A stretch of 32,000 bases of DNA from Thermosulfurimonas dismutans (GTDB lineage Bacteria; Desulfobacterota; Thermodesulfobacteria; Thermodesulfobacteriales; Thermodesulfobacteriaceae). The translations under genes were made by a program, and so were the position numbers. Shown piece after piece: positions 6,541 to 15,595 of the stretch. How positions within the stretch are numbered: the stretch's first letter is position 1; each line of letters starts with the position of its first letter. Location: the NCBI RefSeq assembly GCF_001652585.1, contig NZ_LWLG01000002.1, forward strand, positions 243,506 through 275,505. The letters are read 5' to 3'. The notes beneath the pieces were generated by a model. The model did not search any database and was not told the DNA's origin. It saw only the letters and a program-made list of their open reading frames with translations.

Positions 6541-7206
6541 ATGGATCACGCTTTGATAGGTTTTATTTTGCAGGTTTTTCTTTCTTTCATGGCCATCATG
6601 AACCCCGTGGGCAATACCCCTATCTTCCTCTCCTTAGTCAATCATCTCCCGGAGGCGGAACGTCTTCGGGTGGCCCGGATAGCTGTCCTTTCGGCTTTTG
6701 TTATAGTGGTAGCTTTTACTTTGGGCGGCAATCTCCTTTTCCGCATGTTTGGCATCACCCTCCCGGCCTTCCGCATTGCAGGCGGAATCCTACTTTTTAT
6801 GATCGCCTATCACCTGGTACGAGCCAAACGCTCTCACCAGCACCACCCTACCGAGGAGGAACATCCTCGGTTCTCGAATACTTATGAGGAAGAAGAACTG
6901 GAGGACGTGGCCATTACCCCTCTAGGGACCCCTATCCTTGCCGGACCAGGGACTATCACCACTGCTCTGTCGCTTGTAGGACGAAAGAGCGACATCTTTA
7001 CCATCTTTATCGTGCTTGCAGTCTTTGGTTTGGTGTGTCTGCTCACCTATCTCTGCTTCGTTTATGGAGAAGCCCTGGTGAAGCGTTTACGTCCTTCTCT
7101 TATAGGCGTCATGACCCGTCTCATGGGGCTGATCCTTTCGGTAGTAGCCGTCCAAATGGTCATCGAGGGCCTCACAGAGGTGATCTCTCAGCTAGCGGCA
7201 CGGTAA
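6541..7206 (+). CDS. MarC family (UPF0056) integral membrane protein
   Basis: 221 aa and multi-TM. It has the N-terminal family motif MNPVGNTPIFLSL. GGAGG lies upstream of the ATG. Confidence 0.85.
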   Translation: MDHALIGFILQVFLSFMAIMNPVGNTPIFLSLVNHLPEAERLRVARIAVLSAFVIVVAFTLGGNLLFRMFGITLPAFRIAGGILLFMIAYHLVRAKRSHQHHPTEEEHPRFSNTYEEEELEDVAITPLGTPILAGPGTITTALSLVGRKSDIFTIFIVLAVFGLVCLLTYLCFVYGEALVKRLRPSLIGVMTRLMGLILSVVAVQMVIEGLTEVISQLAAR

Positions 7207-7225
7207 GTCAACTGTCGTCCACGAA

Positions 7226-7255
7226 TTGACGAAACACCCTAAAATTCGCTATCAT
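7226..7255 (+). promoter_or_regulatory. Probable sigma-70 promoter for acs
   Basis: TTGACG (7226-7231), 18 nt, TATCAT (7250-7255), 33 nt upstream of the acs ATG. It uses the same TATCAT -10 as the marC-side candidate. Confidence 0.4.
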
Positions 7256-7287
7256 GGCCCGAGCAATTAGGGCAAAGGAGGGGCTAA

Positions 7288-9195
7288 ATGGGGAACTCTC
7301 ACGGCTACGAGACCAAGATCGAACACCTCTTCAAAACCGGCCTAAAATATTTTCCGCCTAACCGTGTCCTTGAGGAGGCCTTCTTAAAAGACTACGAATC
7401 CGTATATGCCTATTCCATCCGTGACCCGGAAGGCTTCTGGGGCCAGATCGCAAACGAGCTCGTCTGGGTGGAGCCCTGGCAGAAAGTCCGCGAGATCGAC
7501 CTCCCCTATCACCGTTGGTTCATAGGCGGTAAAACGAACATCACCATCAACGCCCTTGATCGACACGCCGACTCCTGGCGCCGCAACAAAGTGGCCGTGA
7601 TCTGGCTTTCCGAGGAAGGCGAGGAGCAGGTCGGCACCTATGGCCAGCTCCGCGACCGGGTCAACCAGTTCGCAAACGGCCTTAAATCGCTGGGTGTAAA
7701 ACGAGGGGATCGGGTGGTGATCTACATGCCGCTTACCATCGAGGGCATGATAGCTATGCTGGCCTGCGCCCGGATCGGGGCCATCCATTCCGTGGTTTAT
7801 GCCGGTATGGGGGCCGGGGCGCTTCGCTCTCGCGTCGAGGACTGTCAGGCCAAGGTGGTCATTTGCTCGGACGTAACCTATCGCCGCGGAAAGGTGGTGC
7901 GCCTCAAGGCCGTAGTGGATGAGGCCCTTGATGGGCTCGATTTCGTAGAAAAAGTCATTGTCCACCGAAGGACACACCCTCCTATCGAACTTGAAGAATG
8001 GGAAGTAGACTTCTGGGAACTTCTGCGGGCCCATTCCCACCGCTGTCCTCCAGAAATCATGGATGCCGAGGATCCGCTCTTCATTCTCTATACCTCAGGA
8101 ACCACCGGTAAACCCAAGGGAGTAGTGCATGTCCATGGAGGATACATGGTAGGTACCTACTACCTCACGAAGGCCTTCTTTGATATTAAAGACAAGGACG
8201 TTTATTGGTCCACTTCAGACATCGGCTGGATCGTGGGCCACTCCTTCATCGTGTATGGTCCTCTCTGCGCCGGGGCCACGGTGCTCATCCGCGAGGGCGC
8301 ACCGGATTATCCGCATCCTGGCGTGGTCTGGGAAATGGTTCAGAAATACGGGGTTTCGGTGATGTTCACCGCCCCTACGGCCTTGAGGATGTTCATGCGC
8401 TTCGGAGAAGAACACATCAAGAAGTATGACCGCTCCACTCTCCGGATTCTTGCCTGTGCCGGAGAGCCCTTGAATCCCGAGGCCTGGAACTTCGCCCAAG
8501 AGGTTATTCTTGAGAACCAGGGCTACTGCATCGACAACTTCTGGCAGACCGAAGTGGCCGGGCCGGTGCTCGGCACCATACCTACTATCCCCTACAAACC
8601 AGGCTTTGCGGGAAAGCCTCTTCCCGGAGTGGTGGTAGATGTAGTGGATGCCAACGGCAAGCCCCTTCCTGCCGAGCAGGGAGGCTACCTCGTCCTCCGG
8701 CAGCCGCTGCCCTACATGATGCGCACGGTCTATAACAATCCCGAGCGTTATGAGCAGTATTGGAACGAGATTCCCGGCTGCTACAAGACCGGTGACATCG
8801 CAGTCTGCGACGAAGAGGGCTATTTTGCGGTCCTCGGCCGGGCAGACGATGTGCTTAACGTGGCCGGACACCGAATCGGAACTGCAGACCTAGAAAGCGC
8901 CCTAGTCAGTCATCCTGCAGTAGCTGAGGCCGCAGCCATCGGACTTCCAGATGAGATCAAAGGCGAACGCATAAAGGTCTTTGTAGTCCTTAGAGCCGGA
9001 AAAGAACCCACCGATGGCCTACGCAAAAGTATCATCCAGCACGTCCGCAAGGAACTCGGGCCTATTGCTACCCCTTCGGAGGTGGCCTTCGTGGAAAAGC
9101 TCCCCAAGACTAGAAGCGGAAAGATCATGCGCCGGCTGCTCCGGGCACGAGAACTCGGCCTCCCTGAGGGTGACACCTCCACGCTTGAGGATTAA
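7288..9195 (+). CDS. acs: Acetyl-CoA synthetase (AMP-forming acetate-CoA ligase family)
   Basis: 635 aa with the AMP-binding motif YTSGTTGKPKGV and NFWQTE (the Trp of the acetate pocket is retained). It also has YKTGD, GRADDVLNVAGHRIGTADLE and the C-terminal PKTRSGKIMRRLLR with the catalytic/acetylatable Lys. Confidence 0.9.
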   Translation: MGNSHGYETKIEHLFKTGLKYFPPNRVLEEAFLKDYESVYAYSIRDPEGFWGQIANELVWVEPWQKVREIDLPYHRWFIGGKTNITINALDRHADSWRRNKVAVIWLSEEGEEQVGTYGQLRDRVNQFANGLKSLGVKRGDRVVIYMPLTIEGMIAMLACARIGAIHSVVYAGMGAGALRSRVEDCQAKVVICSDVTYRRGKVVRLKAVVDEALDGLDFVEKVIVHRRTHPPIELEEWEVDFWELLRAHSHRCPPEIMDAEDPLFILYTSGTTGKPKGVVHVHGGYMVGTYYLTKAFFDIKDKDVYWSTSDIGWIVGHSFIVYGPLCAGATVLIREGAPDYPHPGVVWEMVQKYGVSVMFTAPTALRMFMRFGEEHIKKYDRSTLRILACAGEPLNPEAWNFAQEVILENQGYCIDNFWQTEVAGPVLGTIPTIPYKPGFAGKPLPGVVVDVVDANGKPLPAEQGGYLVLRQPLPYMMRTVYNNPERYEQYWNEIPGCYKTGDIAVCDEEGYFAVLGRADDVLNVAGHRIGTADLESALVSHPAVAEAAAIGLPDEIKGERIKVFVVLRAGKEPTDGLRKSIIQHVRKELGPIATPSEVAFVEKLPKTRSGKIMRRLLRARELGLPEGDTSTLED

Positions 9196-9218
9196 ATTCT
9201 AGTTTAGGAGGTGAAAAA

Positions 9219-9485
9219 ATGGCTGAAAAAAAAGTGCTTTTCAAAAGTGAGGAACCCAAGGACAGGGCTTCCGTGGTGGCCTTTTTGCGGGATCTCGTTA
9301 ACCGTTTGGAACAAGGGAAATTTACCTTCAAGCGAGGCGCAGAAGAAGTTTCCATCGAAATTCCCGAACAGGTAGTCTTAGAAATCAAGGTAGAAGAGAA
9401 GACCAAACCCGGGAAAAACAAGCGCAGCCTGGAGATCGAAATCGAATGGAATGAAGGCGAAAAAGCCGAACTCACTTTGGAATAG
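9219..9485 (+). CDS. Small acidic protein resembling the amphi-Trp domain family
   Basis: 88 aa with alternating-polarity strands and a single late Trp ([19 protein letters not shown]), as I recall for the amphi-Trp domain. GGAGG lies 7 nt upstream, and the gene starts 23 nt after the acs stop. Confidence 0.5.
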   Translation: MAEKKVLFKSEEPKDRASVVAFLRDLVNRLEQGKFTFKRGAEEVSIEIPEQVVLEIKVEEKTKPGKNKRSLEIEIEWNEGEKAELTLE

Positions 9486-10695
9486 ATTTGCGGATCTTTT
9501 TAACGATAGCGGAGGTGGAGACCTGATAGCGAAAGGGGAGGCGCACCACGCGGCCTCCCCGGCTTTTCACAAAAGCTGCTCCCACGATCTTATCCTCCGG
9601 CCAGTCCGCGCCCTTGACTAGAATGTCGGGAACCAGGGCCTCGATAAGGGCCTTTGGGGTATCCTCCTCAAAGATCACCACATAATCCACGCAGGCCAGC
9701 GAAGCTAGCACCAGGGCCCTTTGCTCCTGGGGATTAATGGGTCTTTCCGGCCCTTTAAGCCTTCTTAAGGATTCATCCGAATTAAGGCCCACCACCAGAA
9801 AATCACCCAGCTTCCGGGCCTCGTAGAGATAACTTACGTGACCGGCGTGCAGAAGATCAAAACAGCCGTTGGTAAAGACCATCCGGTGCCCCAGGCTCCT
9901 TCTTCGCGAAACCTCAGGAAGCAATTCCGAAAGGGAAAGCACCTTCCTTTCCGGAGGCTCCGGAGCTATTCCGGTGGAAGTATTAAAGAGATTCCTCGCA
10001 AGGGAAAGATCCTTTTTTTCAATCTCTACCGTTAGGAGGCCTTCCTCATCCCGTACCTCACCCAGGATCTCGCCCGTGGGAGAGAGGGCCAGAGAGCCTC
10101 CGCCCAGTTTTACCCCGGCGATGGTTCCGGCGGCGTTGGTGGCCAGCACATAGATTTGATTCTCCACCGCCCGGGCCGAAAGAAGAGTTCGGTAATGGGA
10201 AAGTCTTTCTTCGGGCCACTGTGAGACAACGATCAGTACCTCTGCTCCATGGGCTATCAGTCTCCGGGAAATCTCCGGGAATCTCAGTTCGTAACAGATA
10301 ATCGTCCCGAAAGAGAAATCCTTTAGCTCAAAGACCCTGCGGCCTTCTCCATCACTAAAACCGGTCTCTGGATCAAGGCCCGGAAAAAGCTTCTCCTTTT
10401 CGGCCACCACCTCAAGGCTCCCGGGCCGGATGAGGTAGGCTCCGTTAAAAACCTTTCCCTTTTTGAGGATCGGATGTCCAAGGATAAGGCTCTTCCCGGT
10501 CCTTTGTGAGAAACTAGCTACTTCGGAGAGGACCCTTTCGGAGGTCTCAGAGTCTGGAATGGCATAACCGGTCAGACTCAATTCAGGAGCAATCAAAAGC
10601 TCTCCCTCGGCGGCCTCAGCCAGTGCCAAAAATCTCTTGAGGTTGCCTTCCAAATCTCCGGCCTCTATCCGGTATTGAAGAAGGGAGATCTTCAT
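9472..10695 (-). CDS. Fusion protein: N-terminal carbon-nitrogen hydrolase (nitrilase superfamily) plus C-terminal RfaE-domain-II/HldE-type nucleotidyltransferase
   Basis: The N-terminal part has the E-K-C triad contexts [17 protein letters not shown] and [10 protein letters not shown]. The C-terminal part has [18 protein letters not shown] (HxGH) and [10 protein letters not shown] (ISTS-type). The track start at 10770 is rejected. ATG 10695 (MKISLLQY) has TAGGAGGAGCC immediately upstream, overlapping the comF stop. Confidence 0.85.
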   Translation of the reverse strand: MKISLLQYRIEAGDLEGNLKRFLALAEAAEGELLIAPELSLTGYAIPDSETSERVLSEVASFSQRTGKSLILGHPILKKGKVFNGAYLIRPGSLEVVAEKEKLFPGLDPETGFSDGEGRRVFELKDFSFGTIICYELRFPEISRRLIAHGAEVLIVVSQWPEERLSHYRTLLSARAVENQIYVLATNAAGTIAGVKLGGGSLALSPTGEILGEVRDEEGLLTVEIEKKDLSLARNLFNTSTGIAPEPPERKVLSLSELLPEVSRRRSLGHRMVFTNGCFDLLHAGHVSYLYEARKLGDFLVVGLNSDESLRRLKGPERPINPQEQRALVLASLACVDYVVIFEEDTPKALIEALVPDILVKGADWPEDKIVGAAFVKSRGGRVVRLPFRYQVSTSAIVKKIRKSIPK

Positions 10696-10703
10696 GGCTC
10701 CTC

Positions 10704-11396
10704 CTACGCCCTGGCGATCACCGCCACCGAAACCTCCGCGGCCCCGGCGCGGAGCAACACCCGGGCACATTCCTCAACCGTGGCCCCGGTAGTCATGACG
10801 TCGTCCACCAGCATGACCCGTTTTCCGGAGAGATCAACCCCAGACTTCACCTCAAAGGCCCCTCTTACATTCCTTCGCCTCTCCTTTTCCGGAAGCTCGG
10901 TTTGGGGAGGGGTTTCTTGGGTCCGAAGAAGGGCCTCCAAAGGCCGTTTTCCAAACATGAAACGGGCCAGCAGTGCGCTCTGATTATAGCCCCGGGCCTG
11001 AAAGCGCTTTCTCCCTAGGGGCACTGGGACCACCAGATCCATCTCTGGAAGCGGACCCGCAAACCGCCGAAAGAGCCGCGCCAGCCCCCGAGCCAATTCG
11101 AACCTCTCACCGAATTTGAGGGCCCTGATCCAGTCCGAGACCGGGGGCTCGTACCGGAAGGGCGCTACCACCCGCTTGAAGGGACGTTCCACAAGACAAG
11201 CCCCACAGGGATGAGACGGCGAATCCCCTGAATATGTCCGAGCACACACTGGACAGGCCGGGCTGTTCCGCGGGAGCCGGGATTCACATCCCTCACAGAG
11301 AAGATCCCGGTAGAAAGGAAGAAGTTCGCCACAAAGAGAGCAGTAAGCCGGAAAGAGGAATTTGAGGATCCGCTCAGGAAATTTCGGAAAACGCAC
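10704..11396 (-). CDS. comF: ComF family protein (phosphoribosyltransferase domain with N-terminal Cys-rich zinc finger)
   Basis: Contains CSLCG...CEGC...CPVC...CGAC and the PRT motif [14 protein letters not shown]. The track start is TTG 11456, which overlaps the M20 gene by 83 nt. I prefer GTG 11396 ([19 protein letters not shown], 23-nt overlap). The start remains uncertain. Confidence 0.8.
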   Translation of the reverse strand: MRFPKFPERILKFLFPAYCSLCGELLPFYRDLLCEGCESRLPRNSPACPVCARTYSGDSPSHPCGACLVERPFKRVVAPFRYEPPVSDWIRALKFGERFELARGLARLFRRFAGPLPEMDLVVPVPLGRKRFQARGYNQSALLARFMFGKRPLEALLRTQETPPQTELPEKERRRNVRGAFEVKSGVDLSGKRVMLVDDVMTTGATVEECARVLLRAGAAEVSVAVIARA

Positions 11397-12522
11397 CCTC
11401 GCCGACCTTGAGGATGGCGGTAAGAAGGAGACGGGCGCAGAGGACCATATCCTCAAGCACCAGATACTCCTCGGGGGAGTGCACCCGGCGCATGCCGGTG
11501 CCCAGGATCACGGTGGTAATCCCACGACGGTTGAAGATGTTGGCATCAGAGCCACCTTCCCGCCGGGCTCGCCTGAGCTCGATCCCAAGGTCTTCGGCCG
11601 CAAGATTAAGGAGCTTGAGAACGGGGTGGTCTTCCGGAACCTTGAACCCGGGGAACATCTCCTCCTTCCTAGTCTCAAGGACCGGCCGTCCATCTACACC
11701 TTTTTCTCTCTCTATTACTTCCGAGAAGGTCCCTTCAATTTTTCGCCAGAGGTCTTCGAGTTTTTGCAGGTCGTGACTCCGGATCTCGCCCTCGATGACC
11801 ACTTCCTCCGGCACAATATTGGTAGCCTTACCCCCCTGGATGGTGCCGAAGTTGAGGGTAGTCTCCTCATCAATACGACCATTTGGAAGACGAGAAAGTG
11901 CCTCGGCCGCGAGCATTATGGCGCTGAGACCTTTTTCAGGCTCAAGGCCGGCATGAGCCGCCCGTCCCAGAACCCTTAAAGTGAACTTCACGGCCTCCGG
12001 AGCTTGAACGATGACCTCCCGCGGGTCCTCGGTATCCAGTACATAACCCATGCGGGCCGAGATGAGGCCATAGTCTAGATACCGGGCCCCGAAAAGCCCG
12101 ATTTCCTCACAGGTGGTAAAAACGATCTCAAGCGGGGGGTGGGGAGTGCCGGTCTCCCTGAGAGCACGCACGACCTCTATCAAAATGGCAATCCCGCTCT
12201 TGTCGTCCGCCCCCAGGATGCCCGCTCCCTCGTTACGGATAATGCCAGCCTCCTCAACCAACTTCAGGTTTGAGGTCTCCTCCACCGTATCCATATGGGC
12301 GCACAGAAAAAGAGGCGGAAGATCATCCTCTCCGGGAACCTTCACGATCAGATTTCCGACCGCGGATTTGGTATAGGCCCCGGAATGATCAAAGAAACAG
12401 CGGGCCCCGAGGGCCTCAAACACCGATACCAAGTGTTGGGCAAGTTCGCCTTCCTTCCGGGGAGGGCTGTTGATCTCCGCTAGAATTTTGAATTCCAGCT
12501 TGAGTCTTTCGACATCGATCAT
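11374..12522 (-). CDS. M20-family metallopeptidase (peptidase T / tripeptidase-like)
   Basis: 382 aa with the metal-ligand motifs CAHMDTV, GADDKSGIA and CEEIGLFGA. The ATG overlaps the acyP stop (ATGA at 12522). Confidence 0.85.
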   Translation of the reverse strand: MIDVERLKLEFKILAEINSPPRKEGELAQHLVSVFEALGARCFFDHSGAYTKSAVGNLIVKVPGEDDLPPLFLCAHMDTVEETSNLKLVEEAGIIRNEGAGILGADDKSGIAILIEVVRALRETGTPHPPLEIVFTTCEEIGLFGARYLDYGLISARMGYVLDTEDPREVIVQAPEAVKFTLRVLGRAAHAGLEPEKGLSAIMLAAEALSRLPNGRIDEETTLNFGTIQGGKATNIVPEEVVIEGEIRSHDLQKLEDLWRKIEGTFSEVIEREKGVDGRPVLETRKEEMFPGFKVPEDHPVLKLLNLAAEDLGIELRRARREGGSDANIFNRRGITTVILGTGMRRVHSPEEYLVLEDMVLCARLLLTAILKVGEGAFSEIS

Positions 12523-12800
12523 CAGTATCGGATCCTGAACTCCGTAAACTCTCCGCTATAGGGTTCCTCCTGGACCTCAACCCCCGTGACCTTGGCATGT
12601 GGAGAGCCCACATAGCACCACCTTATCATAGCCTCCACCGCCTCCTCATCCCCTTCAAACACGGCCTCCACCCGGCCATCGGGAAGATTCCGCACCCAGC
12701 CCTTAATCCCCAGACGGTCGGCCTCCTCCTTCGTGTAAGCCCGGAAAAAAACCCCCTGCACCCTTCCCGAGATGTAGACATGGACCCTTTTGGGAGCCAT
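12522..12800 (-). CDS. acyP: Acylphosphatase
   Basis: 92 aa with [11 protein letters not shown] and [12 protein letters not shown], the canonical acylphosphatase signatures. Confidence 0.9.
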   Translation of the reverse strand: MAPKRVHVYISGRVQGVFFRAYTKEEADRLGIKGWVRNLPDGRVEAVFEGDEEAVEAMIRWCYVGSPHAKVTGVEVQEEPYSGEFTEFRIRY

Positions 12801-12801
12801 T

Positions 12802-14523
12802 CTAACGTCCCCTCACCTTTTTTAACCAGGCCCTAAACTCCTTGTATGAAAAAGTATTTAGCACATCTTCTTTTTCACACCAACCCCTTCTGGCCACAGC
12901 CACCCCAAGGGGCAGATAGTCCATCTGGTCCACGATATGGGCATCAGTTCCGATTAGGATCTTAACCCCGGCCTCTTTGGCCGCCCGAGTCTGGATGTCG
13001 TTCAGGTCCAAACGTTTGTAATAGGCGTTGATCTCAAGGGCTTTTCCGTTCTCCGCTGCGGTCTGGATGACCGCCTGCATATCAATGGCATAGGGTTCCC
13101 TTTCCCCGATGAGACGCCCGGTGGGATGAGCTAGGGCGTGCACCAGGGGATGTTTCAGGGCCGCTACCGCCCTCTGCGTGAGCTGGGCCTCGGGTTGCTG
13201 AAACCCGGTGTGAATGGCCGCTATCACCAGATCAATCTCTGCCAGGACCTCATCAGGATAGTCGAGGCTTCCGTCGGAAAGGATGTCCACTTCAGCTCCG
13301 AAGATGAGCTTTACGCGTTTCGAGCGGCGGTTAAATTCCTCAATGGCCTTCTTCTTTTCCATGAGGGCAGAAACCGAAAGGCCTCCGGCCACCTTCAACC
13401 CCTGGGAGTGGTCGCAGACAGCTACCCAGGAAAGCCCTAGGGCCTCGGCCCTCTGCGCGATCTCATCAAGGCTGGCAGTACCATCACTGTACTTGGAGTG
13501 CACGTGAGCGTCGCCCTGAATATCATCGTAATCTACGAGTTTCGGGAGGCGGCCCTCCCTGGCAGCCTCGATCTCGCCCCTGTCCTCCCGCAACTCCGGG
13601 GGGATCCAAGGAAGATCCACAGCGGAAAAGACCTCCTCCTCTTTCCTTCCACCGATCCTCTCGTTTCCTCGAAAAATCCCGTACTCGTTGATTTTGAGTC
13701 CCCGCTCTACCCCGAGCTCCCGGAGGCGGATGTTGTGGGCCTTGGAGCCCGTAAAGTAGGCCAGGGCCGCTCCCCAACATTCCGGATCAACCACCCGAAG
13801 GTCCACCTGGATTCCGGGCTTGATCCGCACACTGGTCTTGGTTTCCCCGTGGACTAGGACCTCCTCGACACCAGGATAGGCCACAAAGGCCTCCATTACC
13901 GAAAAGGGGTTTTTAGAAGTTACCAGGACATCTATGTCCTTCACGGTCTCTCGCCGCCGCCGGATACTTCCGGCCACCGCAATCTTTTCCACCGGGGCCT
14001 TTCTTTTGAGATAAACCACCAGATCCTCTGCCAGCGGAAGTACTTCTCCCAGCGGCCGACGCCCGATCTTTTCCCTGAGGAGCTTGATCCCCCGAAGGAT
14101 GTTTTCCTCGGTCTTGTAGCCCATCCCCGGAAGCCGGGCGATCTTGTGCTCCTTACAGGCCCGCTCAAGATCCTCGATAGAGGTAATCCCCAGGGTCTCG
14201 TAAATGATTTTGGCCTTCTTGGGACCGAGTCCCGGAATTTCTAGAAACCTAAGAAGCTCTTGGGGAATCTCCTTCTTGAGTTCCTCGTAAAGACGAAGGG
14301 TTCCGGTTTCAAGAATTTCCTTTATCTTGCTGGCGAGATCCGCACCGATTCCCGGAATCCGAGAGAGTTGATTCCTACGAGCGAGATCTTCAATATCCCG
14401 GGTCAGGGCCTCTATGTTCTGAGCTGCCCTCTGATAAGCCCTTATACGGTAGGGATTGTCCCCTTTGATTTCTAGGAGAGACGCCACCTTCCGGAAGATC
14501 TCGGCCACTTCCTGGTTTTTCAT
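12802..14523 (-). CDS. polX: Family X DNA polymerase with C-terminal PHP phosphoesterase domain (PolX)
   Basis: 573 aa with the N-terminal 8-kDa-like [12 protein letters not shown] and HhH motifs ([24 protein letters not shown]). It also has the nucleotidyltransferase [17 protein letters not shown] and the PHP motifs [12 protein letters not shown] and GTDAH. Confidence 0.92.
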   Translation of the reverse strand: MKNQEVAEIFRKVASLLEIKGDNPYRIRAYQRAAQNIEALTRDIEDLARRNQLSRIPGIGADLASKIKEILETGTLRLYEELKKEIPQELLRFLEIPGLGPKKAKIIYETLGITSIEDLERACKEHKIARLPGMGYKTEENILRGIKLLREKIGRRPLGEVLPLAEDLVVYLKRKAPVEKIAVAGSIRRRRETVKDIDVLVTSKNPFSVMEAFVAYPGVEEVLVHGETKTSVRIKPGIQVDLRVVDPECWGAALAYFTGSKAHNIRLRELGVERGLKINEYGIFRGNERIGGRKEEEVFSAVDLPWIPPELREDRGEIEAAREGRLPKLVDYDDIQGDAHVHSKYSDGTASLDEIAQRAEALGLSWVAVCDHSQGLKVAGGLSVSALMEKKKAIEEFNRRSKRVKLIFGAEVDILSDGSLDYPDEVLAEIDLVIAAIHTGFQQPEAQLTQRAVAALKHPLVHALAHPTGRLIGEREPYAIDMQAVIQTAAENGKALEINAYYKRLDLNDIQTRAAKEAGVKILIGTDAHIVDQMDYLPLGVAVARRGWCEKEDVLNTFSYKEFRAWLKKVRGR

Positions 14524-14526
14524 ACC

Positions 14527-14955
14527 CTAGCTCTTTTGAAGAATTATGAGCCCGGTAACCGTGAGGAGGATGCCCAAAAGGCGCTCCCAGCTGAGATCCT
14601 CTTTAAGGAACACCAGAGCCATAAAGGCCGTCACCAGGGGATAGGCCGCTGTAAGGGGCACAATTTTTGAAGCAGCTCCAGTTTTAAGAAGCGAAAAATA
14701 AGTAAACATTCCCAAAACCCCGGCCAGCAATCCGCTGGCTCCTAGAACCAGAACGTTTCTCAGAGAAAGCTCTTGGACCTCCCGGACTTCACCGGTAAGG
14801 AGGGCCACCAGGACCAGGATCAGGGCCGCCACCCCGGTGCGCACCGCAAGGGCCAAAAGGGGAGAGACGGCCTTTAGGGCTACTTTTTCAAGAAGCGGAG
14901 ATGATCCCCAGAAAAAAAGTGTGAGCACCCAAAGGAGGACAACCCTTCCATCCAT
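14527..14955 (-). CDS. EamA-domain (DMT superfamily) small membrane transporter, single-domain form
   Basis: 142 aa with 4-5 predicted TM helices. The Gly/Ala/Leu-rich composition and FWGSSPLLEK opening are typical of EamA half-transporters. Confidence 0.7.
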   Translation of the reverse strand: MDGRVVLLWVLTLFFWGSSPLLEKVALKAVSPLLALAVRTGVAALILVLVALLTGEVREVQELSLRNVLVLGASGLLAGVLGMFTYFSLLKTGAASKIVPLTAAYPLVTAFMALVFLKEDLSWERLLGILLTVTGLIILQKS

Positions 14956-14960
14956 GAAAA

Positions 14961-15503
14961 CTACTTCCGGTCGAAGAAAATATTTTTACCCTTGATACTC
15001 AAAGGAATCCCAAGGACTACCTGAGCGGACATTAAACCTAGACGTCTAGCTGCTACCCCGATGGTATACATCACCCGGTTGTCCACACAGTGATCTCGGG
15101 CAAGACTTACCGCCGACCCCACCGCAATACCCAGATCGATGAGCCTCAGGGCACAGACTGGGCCATCGTAATCTCCCTGGCTCTTTTCCACTTTAAGGAT
15201 CTTCTCGCAATCAAAACCACAGGCCTTACAGTTGACGCCCACCGGACGTTTGAAATCGAGACCTATAAGCACTATCGCCTCGGCCTGGCGAACATTTTCA
15301 GCGTCCCGTTTAAAAAATTGATAGGCCTTCCCCCGTTCGGCCACCTTTTCCATCTCGCGGGCTAAACGCTCCATTTCCTCGTCTTCCGTGATGAGACCCA
15401 GGACGAGTTCGTCCTGTCCGCGGGCTTTAGGGGCCGTACGGGCCCCAATAAGCATGAGTTTTCCTACCCATTCGGCCATCTTCTTTTCAGGATTGAATTC
15501 CAC
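14961..15503 (-). CDS. DUF2148-like protein (uncharacterised protein with a ferredoxin-like Cys motif, COG4739 type)
   Basis: 180 aa with CKACGFDCEK and a further Cys (PVCALR), plus a C-terminal GIPLSIKGKNIFFDR. The start is GTG, with GGAGGGTGGGCA upstream. The family assignment is from memory. Confidence 0.6.
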   Translation of the reverse strand: MEFNPEKKMAEWVGKLMLIGARTAPKARGQDELVLGLITEDEEMERLAREMEKVAERGKAYQFFKRDAENVRQAEAIVLIGLDFKRPVGVNCKACGFDCEKILKVEKSQGDYDGPVCALRLIDLGIAVGSAVSLARDHCVDNRVMYTIGVAARRLGLMSAQVVLGIPLSIKGKNIFFDRK

Positions 15504-15595
15504 TGCCCACCCTCCAGCTAGAAGAATTTAGGCTTAGAATAATAAAAAAATCGGCCTGGACAACCCCTCTCCTCCAGATAAATTTAGGGGCTGTT

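Noticed and set aside
10696-10770. 25-codon N-terminal extension of the CN-hydrolase fusion ORF ([25 protein letters not shown])
   Set aside because: It overlaps the comF 3' end and is low in complexity. The internal ATG at 10695 has a perfect GGAGG SD and gives a normal nitrilase-family N-terminus.
15525-15588. Two copies of AATTTAGG (15525-15532 and 15581-15588) in the DUF2148/MFS divergent spacer
   Set aside because: An 8-nt match in an AT-rich 92-bp spacer is within chance expectation, and nothing else supports it.
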